DNA from: an uncultured bacterium
Lineage (GTDB): Bacteria > Eisenbacteria > RBG-16-71-46 > CAIMUX01 > WJJG01
NCBI GenBank assembly: GCA_964506245.1
Contig: CAZDKK010000014.1
Location: 21,792-85,791 of the forward strand
Length of the DNA stretch: 64,000 bases
Reading direction: 5' to 3'
In this document: positions 1-8,316 of the stretch, in pieces
Numbering within the stretch: the stretch's first letter is position 1
Layout of the letters: the number at the start of each line of letters is the position of its first letter
Notes under the pieces: model-generated
Database searches by the model: none
Seen by the model: the letters and a program-made list of their open reading frames with translations, nothing else
What the model was told of the DNA's origin: nothing
Translations under genes and position numbers: made by a program

Positions 1-1767
1 CTCAACCACGCATCGCTGCCGGCCGTGAGCCCGGCCGCGCTCCCCGACCGGGAAGAGGGCTGCGAGTTCGTCATCCTCTGCCCGGACGACGCAGCCTCCA
101 CCGCGTGGGCGGACAGCCTGAGGGCTTGGCGCACGCTCCAGGGGATCAGCACCCAGGTGTTCACGACGGCCGAGATCGGATCGACCTGGCAGGAGATCCG
201 CGACTTCCTCGTGAACGCCTACACCACGTGGACCGTCCCCCCCGCGGCCTTCCTGCTGCTCGGCGACTACCCCGGGTCCGGCGACGGCCGACTGGCCGGC
301 GTCCCCGCTCCCCTCTATCAGGGCTACGCGGTCTCCGACAACCTCTACGCGGACATCGACGGCGACGGTCTGCCCGACATGTTTCACGGCCGAATCACCG
401 CGCACACCAGTGCCGAGCTGGCCTTCATGGTCGGCAAGCTCCTCGCCCACGAACGAACGCCCAGCCTCGATCCGGGCTTCTACGCACACCCGGTCGTCGC
501 CTCCGGCTGGGACCCCGACGGACGCACCGTCATGGAGATGGAGACGATCTACGGCTTCCAGGCCAACGTCCTCGGGAAGGAGCCGGTGCGCGAATACGTG
601 GCGACCAGTCCTGGCACGATCTGGCCGGATCCGCAATGGGTCGCGACCTTCGGGCCCGGGGGCCTGGGGTACATCCCCGCCACCCCCGAGTATCTGCACG
701 ACTGGGGCGGCAGCGCTGCGCGTATCAATGCCGACATCAACGCCGGCGCCTTCATGGTGATTCACCGGGGAGCCGGCATGGAGACGGCGTGGGGCGATCC
801 CTTGTACACCGTCGGCGACGTCGCCGGCCTCGCGAATGCCCGCTATCCCTTCGTCTTCAGCCTGGACGCGCTGACCGGCAGGTTCAACAGCGCGGGAACC
901 TGTCTCACCGAGGCGCTGCACCGCTCGGCACACGGCGCACTGGGCATGATCTCGGCCACCGAGATCGGCTACGCGCTGCCGACCTGCCGGCTCATGCTTC
1001 ACCTGTTCAACTCCATCTGGCCCGACTTCCTCTCCGGCGGCGGAGGCGGTGAGCCGGAGCTGCGGCCCGGGTGTGCTCTGGTCATGGCCAAGTACGCGCT
1101 GGCAATCGACGTGTGGCCGGTGAGCCCACAGCAGAAGCTGTTGACCTACCACCTCTTCCATCATCACGGCGATCCGCTGCTCGTGATGAACTCCGAGGTC
1201 CCGCAGCCGCTGCTCGTAGAACACGCGGGCTGCTGCCCCATCGGGGCAAGCGCCTTCAGCGTGCAGACCGAGGTGGGCGCGCTGATCGGCCTGACCGTGA
1301 ACGGGGAGCTGATCGGCGTCGGCTCGGGCACCGGGGCGCCCGTGGCGATCCCGATCATACCTCCCACGCAGGCGGGCACGCTGCGGATCACCGTTACCCG
1401 GCAGAACCATCTGCGCTATGACGAGCGCGTGCCGATCCTGGACCCGAGCGGGGTGACGCAGCAACCCGCATCGCGATCCGATGCATTGCACCTCGCGCTG
1501 GTGGGCGCCAACCCCCACCTGTCGCCGGCGTGCTTCCAGTTCGCGATTCCCCCCTCGCTGGCGGGCGCGCGGGCGTCGCTGTGCATTCTCGATGCCACGG
1601 GCCGCAGCGTGCGCACGCTGGTCGACGGTCGGCAGGACGGGGGCACGCACGAGAGTCGTTGGGACGGAGCGGACGATGCCGGGGCACCGTCCGGGGCGGG
1701 TGTTTACTTCGCCCGCCTGACCTGCGGCGGCCAGACCGTGACGCGGCGGTTCGCGCGGCTGCAGTAG
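1..1767 (+). CDS. Peptidase C25 (gingipain-like) cysteine protease with T9SS-type C-terminal sorting domain; 5' end probably outside window
   Basis: Frame is open from nt 1 and the ORF-track start at 25 is a GTG. The sequence opens directly with a C25 catalytic-domain-like motif (YADIDGDGLPDMFHGRI; His in VIHRGAG, Cys in SAGTCLTEAL) and lacks the expected signal/propeptide. The C-terminal ~80 aa (..GVYFARLTCGGQTVTRRFARLQ) matches the T9SS/FlgD-Ig-like CTD pattern seen on other proteins here. Confidence 0.6.
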   Translation, partial: LNHASLPAVSPAALPDREEGCEFVILCPDDAASTAWADSLRAWRTLQGISTQVFTTAEIGSTWQEIRDFLVNAYTTWTVPPAAFLLLGDYPGSGDGRLAGVPAPLYQGYAVSDNLYADIDGDGLPDMFHGRITAHTSAELAFMVGKLLAHERTPSLDPGFYAHPVVASGWDPDGRTVMEMETIYGFQANVLGKEPVREYVATSPGTIWPDPQWVATFGPGGLGYIPATPEYLHDWGGSAARINADINAGAFMVIHRGAGMETAWGDPLYTVGDVAGLANARYPFVFSLDALTGRFNSAGTCLTEALHRSAHGALGMISATEIGYALPTCRLMLHLFNSIWPDFLSGGGGGEPELRPGCALVMAKYALAIDVWPVSPQQKLLTYHLFHHHGDPLLVMNSEVPQPLLVEHAGCCPIGASAFSVQTEVGALIGLTVNGELIGVGSGTGAPVAIPIIPPTQAGTLRITVTRQNHLRYDERVPILDPSGVTQQPASRSDALHLALVGANPHLSPACFQFAIPPSLAGARASLCILDATGRSVRTLVDGRQDGGTHESRWDGADDAGAPSGAGVYFARLTCGGQTVTRRFARLQ

Positions 1768-1974
1768 GCCGACGCGCGGCGCTTCACGCGACCCCAGTAG
1801 ACGGATCTGCCACCGCCGGCACAGGGGTCGCGTCCCCGGGCCCATCCTGCTGAGCATCAGCGCAGGATCTCGCGCTTTCTCCCGCACCGGTGTGATTCTC
1901 GTCGGCCTCCCCCGTTTGTGTGGATAAGGGGGCTCACTTGCCCCTCGGGCACCAGGCAAGCGCGGGAGGCTACG

Positions 1975-2490
1975 ATGAAGCGATCCATCCTGTTCCTGCT
2001 CATCCCGATGCTCGCGTCGCCGATGGCGGGGGCGGTGCTGACCCTCGAGCGCAGAGTCGTCGCCAACGGGGGCGGCACCCAGAGCAGCGAGGACTACGCC
2101 CTCAATGCCACCTGCGGGCAGGCGGCGATCGGCACCGTGAGCAGCGCCTCCAACTCCGCGCAGCTCGGCTTCTGGCACGCCGCCGGGGGCTCCAGCGCCG
2201 TGCCCGAGGACCCGGCCGCCGCTCCGACCAGCTTCGCGCTCGCCCCCGGCCCGGCCGGCCGACTCGGTTTCGTCGGCGGGGTCGCGTTCGCCGTCCCGTG
2301 CCGCAGCCAAGTTGAGATCCGCCTCTACGACGTGACGGGCCGATCGGTGCTCCTGCTCGCGAGCGGCACCTATGAGGCCGGCTGGCACCAGGCCCCGCTG
2401 GCGAGCCGAGGACTGGCGAGCGGCGTGTACTTCTGCCGCCTGACGGCGGAGGGCTGGGCCGGCACGCGCAGGTTCGTATTGATGAAGTAA
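1975..2490 (+). CDS. Small secreted protein: signal peptide, ~60-aa Cys-containing N-domain, T9SS-type CTD (paralog of 3379..3921)
   Basis: ATG at 1975 is preceded by GGGAGG; MKRSILFLLIPMLASPMAGA signal peptide; C-terminus SGVYFCRLTAEGWAGTRRFVLMK. Internal motif NATCGQAAIGTVSS...QLGFWHA is shared with the 3379 gene. Confidence 0.6.
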   Translation: MKRSILFLLIPMLASPMAGAVLTLERRVVANGGGTQSSEDYALNATCGQAAIGTVSSASNSAQLGFWHAAGGSSAVPEDPAAAPTSFALAPGPAGRLGFVGGVAFAVPCRSQVEIRLYDVTGRSVLLLASGTYEAGWHQAPLASRGLASGVYFCRLTAEGWAGTRRFVLMK

Positions 2491-2557
2491 TGCGGAGGCG
2501 CGGGCGAGGCAGGTCCGGCAATCCAGACCACGTAGAGCGACAGGGGGAGGTTCGGGA

Positions 2558-2935
2558 ATGAAGCGGACTCTGGTTCTGTTGGCGGCGATGCTGTGGGCCG
2601 GCGCGGCCGGGGAGGCCTGGGTCGAGCTGGCCGACTGGTTCGACGCGGTCAACCGCGATCCACGCTACCAGCTCACCTGCATCGGCGGCCACGCGCCGGT
2701 CTACGTGGCCGAGGAGATCTCCGGGAATCGCTTCAAGATCGCGGGGGGCGCGCCGGGCATGAAGGTCTCCTGGCAGGTGACGGCCGTGCGCAACGACCCA
2801 GCAATCGCGAAGTACCGGATGCCCGTGGAACAGGAGAAGCCTGCGCCGGACCGGGGCAAGTACCTGGAGCCGGAGTTGTACGGCGCGCCCGACACGCAGC
2901 GCATCGGACGGCTGGAGGACAAGACGCAGCCGTAG
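2558..2935 (+). CDS. Hypothetical small secreted protein
   Basis: GGGGGAGG RBS 8 nt upstream of the ATG; N-terminal signal peptide MKRTLVLLAAMLWAGAAGEA; 125 aa; no recognisable domain. Confidence 0.45.
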   Translation: MKRTLVLLAAMLWAGAAGEAWVELADWFDAVNRDPRYQLTCIGGHAPVYVAEEISGNRFKIAGGAPGMKVSWQVTAVRNDPAIAKYRMPVEQEKPAPDRGKYLEPELYGAPDTQRIGRLEDKTQP

Positions 2936-3378
2936 GCTGGCCCACGGAACCAGAAGCGTCTCCCGCCCGTCTGCCGCCCCACGCCGTCCGGGGAGGCGCT
3001 GCGCAGGAACCCAGAGGGCAACGCGGGCTCGAGGTATCCTAGCTGATAACGGTTGTACGCAGAGACTTGGCGATGGGCAACAGAAGTGCGGCGGAGAACC
3101 AGGCGAGAGTCACGGCGGGTGCATGCAATCGCTGGCGCTGGATTCCCGGAACCAAGGCGACTACTATGGTCTTGCCGTCGCAGAGACGGATGCGCGCGAT
3201 CCGCCATTCGAATCCGCGGCAGACTGCATCCGATCCGCCTCGCGCGCAGGCAGTCAAACAACTTTGTGTCCCGCATCGTCAGCGTTCGGCGCTGGCTGTC
3301 TACCCATGGCATCGCAGATCCAGAGGACCACACCGGGCAGGCGTAATCCACAGGCTTCGACAGCGGCTATAGGAGGGA

Positions 3379-3921
3379 GTGATGAGAGGACTATCCACTG
3401 GTAAACGGGCCGCCGGGCTGATCGCTGGGCTCGTCCTGGTGCTGCCTTCGCTGGCGGCGGCACAGATCGAGCTCGACCTGAGCGTCAACGGCACCGGCGG
3501 GGCGGTTGTCAGCAACGCCAGCTACGTGCACGGGTGCACAGTGGGGCAGGCTGTGGTGGGTACTACGACCAGCGTCCTGTACATCCACAACATCGGGTTC
3601 TGGTTCCCGCTGGGCAACGCGTACTCCGATGTCCCCGAGCCCCTGCCCGCGATCCCGACGGAGTTCGCCCTGGACTTCAGGGGATCGAATCCGTCCGGAT
3701 CTGGAGCCAGGATCGCTTATGCGGTTCCGGTTCGCGCGCAAGTGACCCTCAGGCTCTTCGACATCACCGGCCGCGAGGTCTGGGCGTTCACCCCCGGGCA
3801 GGTGGAACCGGGCTATCACGAGACCGACATGCGCGCGCCCGGCTTGGCCGGAGGCATCTATTTCTGTCGCATGGACGCCAAGGGATTCTCGGCGACCAAG
3901 AAGCTGGTGTTGCTGCGCTAG
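3379..3921 (+). CDS. Small secreted protein with T9SS-type CTD (paralog of 1975..2490)
   Basis: AGGAGGGAG RBS; signal peptide LIAGLVLVLPSLAAAQ. N-domain HGCTVGQAVVGTTTSVLYIHNIGFWFP parallels the 1975 gene. C-terminus GGIYFCRMDAKGFSATKKLVLLR. Confidence 0.6.
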   Translation: MMRGLSTGKRAAGLIAGLVLVLPSLAAAQIELDLSVNGTGGAVVSNASYVHGCTVGQAVVGTTTSVLYIHNIGFWFPLGNAYSDVPEPLPAIPTEFALDFRGSNPSGSGARIAYAVPVRAQVTLRLFDITGREVWAFTPGQVEPGYHETDMRAPGLAGGIYFCRMDAKGFSATKKLVLLR

Positions 3922-4042
3922 GCGCTCCGCGGTGCCGGGCCGGCACGCGAGGCGCACTGGGGTGCGCCGGCGCGCCTACCGCGCCCGGGAGGGCATGGGA
4001 ACGCCGCCTCACGATCGGCGGCATCTCGAGGAGGTTTTGAAC

Positions 4043-5974
4043 ATGAAACGCATTGCAGGGCTCTGCGCCCTTTTGCTCTTGGCGACCGTGAACGTCGCCA
4101 CGGCCACCGTGCCCGCCACCTTGAGCTACCAGGGGCTGCTCAAGGACGCAAGCGGGGTGGTCATCCCCAATGGCACCTACAGCCTGACCTTCAGGATCTA
4201 CGGCCAGCCTTCCGGCGGCACGGCTCTGTGGACCGAGACGCAGTCGCTGCCGGTGACGGACGGCGTGTTCAGCGCCGTGCTGGGCTCGGTGACGCCGCTC
4301 ACCCTGAACTTCGACGCGCAGTACTGGATCTCTCTCCAGGTCGCGGGCAGCCCTGAGTTGCCCCGGGTCGTGCTGACCTCGGCGCCTTACTCGCTCCGCG
4401 CCGGGGTGGCCGAATCGCTGGTCGGTGGCACCGGCGACATCACCGCGGTCTACGCGGACAACGGCTTGACCGGCGGCGCCACCAGCGGAGACGCGCACCT
4501 GGCAGTCGGCGCCGGCACCGGACTGGTGGCGGAGGCCGACCTCGTCCGCCTGACCGATCCCTACGTGAGCGGCACGGCCTATGACAGCCGCTTCGTCAAC
4601 GAGGCTCAGTCGAACGCGGTCACGGCCGACATGGTCGTCCCGAACATCGTGAGCAGCGTGGACGGGGTCATCAACGACGGCGGCAACATAGACCTCATCG
4701 CTGGCGCGAACATCACGATTGTTCCGGACGACATCAACAACACGATCACGATCACCTCCACCGGCGGCGGGGGGATCGGTGGCAGCGGCACGACGGGCCG
4801 TGTCCCCAAGTTCACCGCCGCGACCACCCTCGGCAACTCGCTGATCTCAGACACCGGCTCGAGCGTGACCGTCGACGGGCCCACGACCATCGGCGCGTAT
4901 GTCGAGGATGCAATGGTCAAGCAGGGCGACTCCAATCCCGGTGAGGGGCGCAACACGCAGCAGCTCACCGTCTATGGTCGCGAGCAGACGATTTACGCAA
5001 GACTCAACGAGGCAAACGCGACCGAGGACGCGCGCGCCGCCATCTATGGGTACCGCACGCGCGCCGTCCAGAATGACGGCAGTGGGTACGGCTACGGCTA
5101 CACGAACAATGCCATCGTGGGATACAACTACTGGGGTGACCTGTACTCGTTCGGCGTGGCCGGGTACTCGTACAACGACTACACGCGCACCGGGGGAGTC
5201 CTCGGATCCGATCAGGGGGGCAACTACTGGGGCGCCTTGGGATACAAGGACGATCAGAGCCGCACCTGGGGCTTCTACACACCCAACGCCTCCTACTACG
5301 GCGGCGACATGACGATCGACGGCCACATCCGCATGAGCAAGGACTACGGCAGCGGTCTGGGCGGTGTGGCAATCAAGGCCGAGAACACCAACTCGGGCGG
5401 CATCGCGCTGTGGGCTGTCACGCACGGTACGGACGCCACGATCGTGGCGACGCAGAACGGTACGGCCGACGTCATCCGGGGCTTCACACCGACCGGGCTG
5501 AAGTTCCGCGTCACGAACACGGGTCGGGTGATCACGCCGGTCGTGGAGATCACCGGGGGATCGGACCTGGCCGAGCCCTTCGCGCTGTCCGGGCAGGACG
5601 AGATCCCCGCGGGCGCGCTGGTCGTGATCGATGATGAACACCCCGGGCAGCTCAAGCTGAGCGACCGTCCCTACGACAACCGCGTCGCGGGCGTGGTGAG
5701 CGGCGCCGGCGGGGTGGATCCGGGCCTCACGCTGAGCCAGGCCGACAAGTTCGACGGCGGGCGGAACGTGGCTCTGACCGGGCGCGTCTACGCGCTGGCG
5801 GATGCGTCGGGTGGTCCGATCCGCCCGGGCGATCTGCTCACCACCTCGAGCCGACCCGGCCACGCCATGAAGGCGACCGATCCCAGCCGCTCTCATGGGG
5901 CGGTGATCGGCAAGGCGATGTCCTCCCTGGACGGCGGCACGGGGCTCGTCCTCGTGCTCGTCAACCTGCAGTAG
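4043..5974 (+). CDS. Tail-fibre-domain-like secreted protein with C-terminal intramolecular-chaperone (peptidase S74-like) region
   Basis: Internal ATG at 4043 has GGAGG 9 nt upstream; the ORF-track start at 3932 is an Arg-rich extension. Signal peptide present. N-terminal motif TLSYQGLLKDASGVVIPNGTYSLTFRIYGQPSGGTALWTETQSLPVTDGVFSAVLG, then a Gly/Tyr-rich middle. The C-terminus (...ITGGSDLAEPFALSG...VAGVVSGAGG...LTTSSRPGHAMKATD...GAVIGKAMSSLDGGTGLVLVLVNLQ) resembles, from memory, the conserved tail of 'tail fiber domain-containing' proteins. Confidence 0.55.
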   Translation: MKRIAGLCALLLLATVNVATATVPATLSYQGLLKDASGVVIPNGTYSLTFRIYGQPSGGTALWTETQSLPVTDGVFSAVLGSVTPLTLNFDAQYWISLQVAGSPELPRVVLTSAPYSLRAGVAESLVGGTGDITAVYADNGLTGGATSGDAHLAVGAGTGLVAEADLVRLTDPYVSGTAYDSRFVNEAQSNAVTADMVVPNIVSSVDGVINDGGNIDLIAGANITIVPDDINNTITITSTGGGGIGGSGTTGRVPKFTAATTLGNSLISDTGSSVTVDGPTTIGAYVEDAMVKQGDSNPGEGRNTQQLTVYGREQTIYARLNEANATEDARAAIYGYRTRAVQNDGSGYGYGYTNNAIVGYNYWGDLYSFGVAGYSYNDYTRTGGVLGSDQGGNYWGALGYKDDQSRTWGFYTPNASYYGGDMTIDGHIRMSKDYGSGLGGVAIKAENTNSGGIALWAVTHGTDATIVATQNGTADVIRGFTPTGLKFRVTNTGRVITPVVEITGGSDLAEPFALSGQDEIPAGALVVIDDEHPGQLKLSDRPYDNRVAGVVSGAGGVDPGLTLSQADKFDGGRNVALTGRVYALADASGGPIRPGDLLTTSSRPGHAMKATDPSRSHGAVIGKAMSSLDGGTGLVLVLVNLQ

Positions 5975-6040
5975 GCCAGCGCCGGTCGAGACCGCCGGGG
6001 CAACCCCGCGGTCGACCGACGAGACAAAGGAGGACAAGCC

Positions 6041-7627
6041 ATGAGAAACGATAGACAAGTGCGCAGAGACGCTGTCGCGGCCGCGCGAGGCCGTGCGAGG
6101 CTGGCGGTCGCTGCGCTGCTGCTGGCCTGCATCGCTGTCACGTGGACGGACGCTGCTTCGGCGCAGGCCCCGTTCACGGATGGAGCCGTCAACCCCGCGC
6201 CGGCGGGCGTGCAAGTGCCCCGTGCCACCCCGCGCGCGATCGCACTCGGACTGCCCATGGGGAACCTCTTCGGCGCGACCCATCGTCTCGAGACGCCACC
6301 GCTCGATGTGCCGGCCTTGCTGGCCGAGGACAGGGCCGCCGAAGAGGGGCCCCAGCGCACCGGGGTCGTGCAGGACTTCGCGCCTCAAACGGGCGAGGCC
6401 GGGCAGTGGACGGTCCTGCCGGACGGCGGGCATCTCTGGACGATGACCTTCGCGGCCCCGGGCGCCGCGGCCCTGCGGCTGCGTGTCCGCCCGTGGGATC
6501 CCCCGGCGGGCGCGGAGCTGATCCTGTTCAACGCACGAAACCCTGAGGAGTCCGTGGGACCCTTCACGAGCTCGCTGCCGATCCGGCAGGACGAGTTCTG
6601 GAGCGCGATCGTCTACGCCGACGAGGTCAATGTGGAGTACTACCTTCCTCCGGGTGTCGATCCGCAGGAGCCGCGCTCCGTCATCACCGTGGACGGGCTG
6701 CTCAACCAGTACCGCGATCCGCTGGCCACGCAGCTACGGGAGCTCTGGTGCCACCTGGACTTGTTGTGCTACCCGGCCTGGGTTCCCGAGGGGGACGGCG
6801 TGGCTGCCATTGCCAATATCGTCTACCCCTACTCGTACTTCTGCTCGTCGGGGATGTTGAACCGGAGTCCGACGGACTATACATCACTCCTCGCGACCGC
6901 CAACCACTGCGGCATCAACACGAGCAACGAGTCGTCGGTCATCGTCACCTGGTTCTACCAGACGTCGGTCTGCAACGGCACACCTCCGAGTCCATCCACG
7001 CTCCCGCAGACGCTGGGCTGCGCGGCGCTCGTGAACGACACGAACACCGACTACTGCCTGGTCGGCCTGCAGGACAGTGGTACCGGCGGCGTGATGTACC
7101 TCGGGTGGGATGCCAACTACTGGTCCAACGGGTCGAGCGGGACATTGATCCACCATCCGGACGGGTCCTACAAGCGGATCACCTTCGGCACGAAAACAGC
7201 CGACGTGACGAGCTGCATCCCGGCCCAGGCCTGGCAGATCTACGTCGCCCACGGGGACGGCGAGGACGAGCCTGGCTCGTCAGGTGCCCCGATGTTCGAC
7301 TCGGCCCACAGGGTCAGAGGCACCGCGAGCTGTGCCACGTGGAGCTGCTACAGCGACGACATCATCGAAGCGGGTCGCTTCGACCTGGCGTACGACAAGC
7401 TCGCGCCCTATCTGGTGCCGACCGATCCCGTGTACGTCAACGCGGGGTACGTCGGTGTCGAGCAGGGCACGTACGCGCAACCGTTCCAGCGCTTCAAGAA
7501 GGGCTTCTTCGCTGTCATCCGGGGGCACGATCTCTATGTCCAGGCGGGCTCCTACCATGAGGCGCTGGTGATCGACAAGGCGATGATCGTCCACTCCCTG
7601 AACGGCAGTGCGGTGATCGGGCAGTAA
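6041..7627 (+). CDS. Secreted trypsin-like (S1-family) serine endopeptidase
   Basis: AAGGAGG RBS; signal peptide. Candidate catalytic triad context TANHC (His), DYCLV (Asp), EPGSSGAPMFD (Ser, GDSGGP-like). Confidence 0.6.
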   Translation: MRNDRQVRRDAVAAARGRARLAVAALLLACIAVTWTDAASAQAPFTDGAVNPAPAGVQVPRATPRAIALGLPMGNLFGATHRLETPPLDVPALLAEDRAAEEGPQRTGVVQDFAPQTGEAGQWTVLPDGGHLWTMTFAAPGAAALRLRVRPWDPPAGAELILFNARNPEESVGPFTSSLPIRQDEFWSAIVYADEVNVEYYLPPGVDPQEPRSVITVDGLLNQYRDPLATQLRELWCHLDLLCYPAWVPEGDGVAAIANIVYPYSYFCSSGMLNRSPTDYTSLLATANHCGINTSNESSVIVTWFYQTSVCNGTPPSPSTLPQTLGCAALVNDTNTDYCLVGLQDSGTGGVMYLGWDANYWSNGSSGTLIHHPDGSYKRITFGTKTADVTSCIPAQAWQIYVAHGDGEDEPGSSGAPMFDSAHRVRGTASCATWSCYSDDIIEAGRFDLAYDKLAPYLVPTDPVYVNAGYVGVEQGTYAQPFQRFKKGFFAVIRGHDLYVQAGSYHEALVIDKAMIVHSLNGSAVIGQ

Positions 7628-7701
7628 CGGGCGGAAGGCAGTGGATCGCCAGGTTGCCCAACGCAGAGGGCCGGCCGCAGCGTGGACGCGTGCACCGGCC
7701 C

Positions 7702-8055
7702 TCACTGCGCGGGCTGGACGTTGCGGAACATGAAGTAGGCCGCCGCGATGAGGCAGAGCGTCGCCCATACGTAGTCGAGCGACAGACGCTGCTTCATGTA
7801 GAAGGCGCAGAAGCCGGCGAAGACGAGCATGGTGATCACTTCCTGGATCACCTTGAGCTGACTGAGCGAGTAGTGCTGGGAGCCGATGCGATTGGCCGGG
7901 ACCTGCAGGCAGTATTCCAGGAAAGCAACGCTCCAGCTCAGGATGATGACGATCAGGAGCGGCTTGTGGCGGTGGTCCTTCAGATGGCCGTACCACGCGT
8001 AGGTCATGAACAAGTTGGATCCAACGAGCAACGCGATCGGCGCGATCTTTGGCAT
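7702..8055 (-). CDS. DMT-family small membrane protein (DUF486-like)
   Basis: 117 aa with four predicted TM helices; GGGGGAG RBS upstream of the ATG at 8055; resembles the short EamA-like/DMT DUF486 family. Confidence 0.7.
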   Translation of the reverse strand: MPKIAPIALLVGSNLFMTYAWYGHLKDHRHKPLLIVIILSWSVAFLEYCLQVPANRIGSQHYSLSQLKVIQEVITMLVFAGFCAFYMKQRLSLDYVWATLCLIAAAYFMFRNVQPAQ

Positions 8056-8316
8056 GGTGTCTCCCCCGCGGGCCCCTCACCGGCCTGAACCTCTCCGGCC
8101 GCTGGCGGGCCCCGGCTTCCCCGCCGGCCCGGCTGCAAGCGGACCGGCCGACCTGCCCCTGTGGCAGTTGTCGGCCGGACAATCGGGGGATTGTACCAGC
8201 GTCGGGGTCGCGCACAGCCAGTTCTTGCACCTGCGGTGCGACCCCGCAACACCCGCCGCGCAATCGGTCGATGAACCCCCCGCCGCAGGGCGACCGTGCC
8301 CCGCGGCAACCCAGCG

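Noticed and set aside
1784-1830. Inverted repeat cgcgacccc...ggggtcgcg after the C25 peptidase gene as a possible terminator
   Set aside because: The ~30-nt loop and absence of a T-tract make it an unconvincing intrinsic terminator. Other gene ends likewise lack canonical terminators in this GC-rich DNA.
3190-3230. tRNA-like T-loop sequence ccattcgaatccgcgg in the 440-bp intergenic region upstream of the 3379 gene (possible tRNA or att-site remnant)
   Set aside because: The flanking 5-nt arms (cgcca / ccgcg) do not base-pair as a T-stem, and the GG..CC closing pairs are absent. No acceptor/anticodon structure was found by eye.
3932-4042. Upstream extension of the tail-fibre-like ORF (MPGRHARRTGVRRRAYRAREG...)
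   Set aside because: It is Arg-rich and non-protein-like. An internal ATG at 4043 has a proper GGAGG RBS and is followed directly by a signal peptide.
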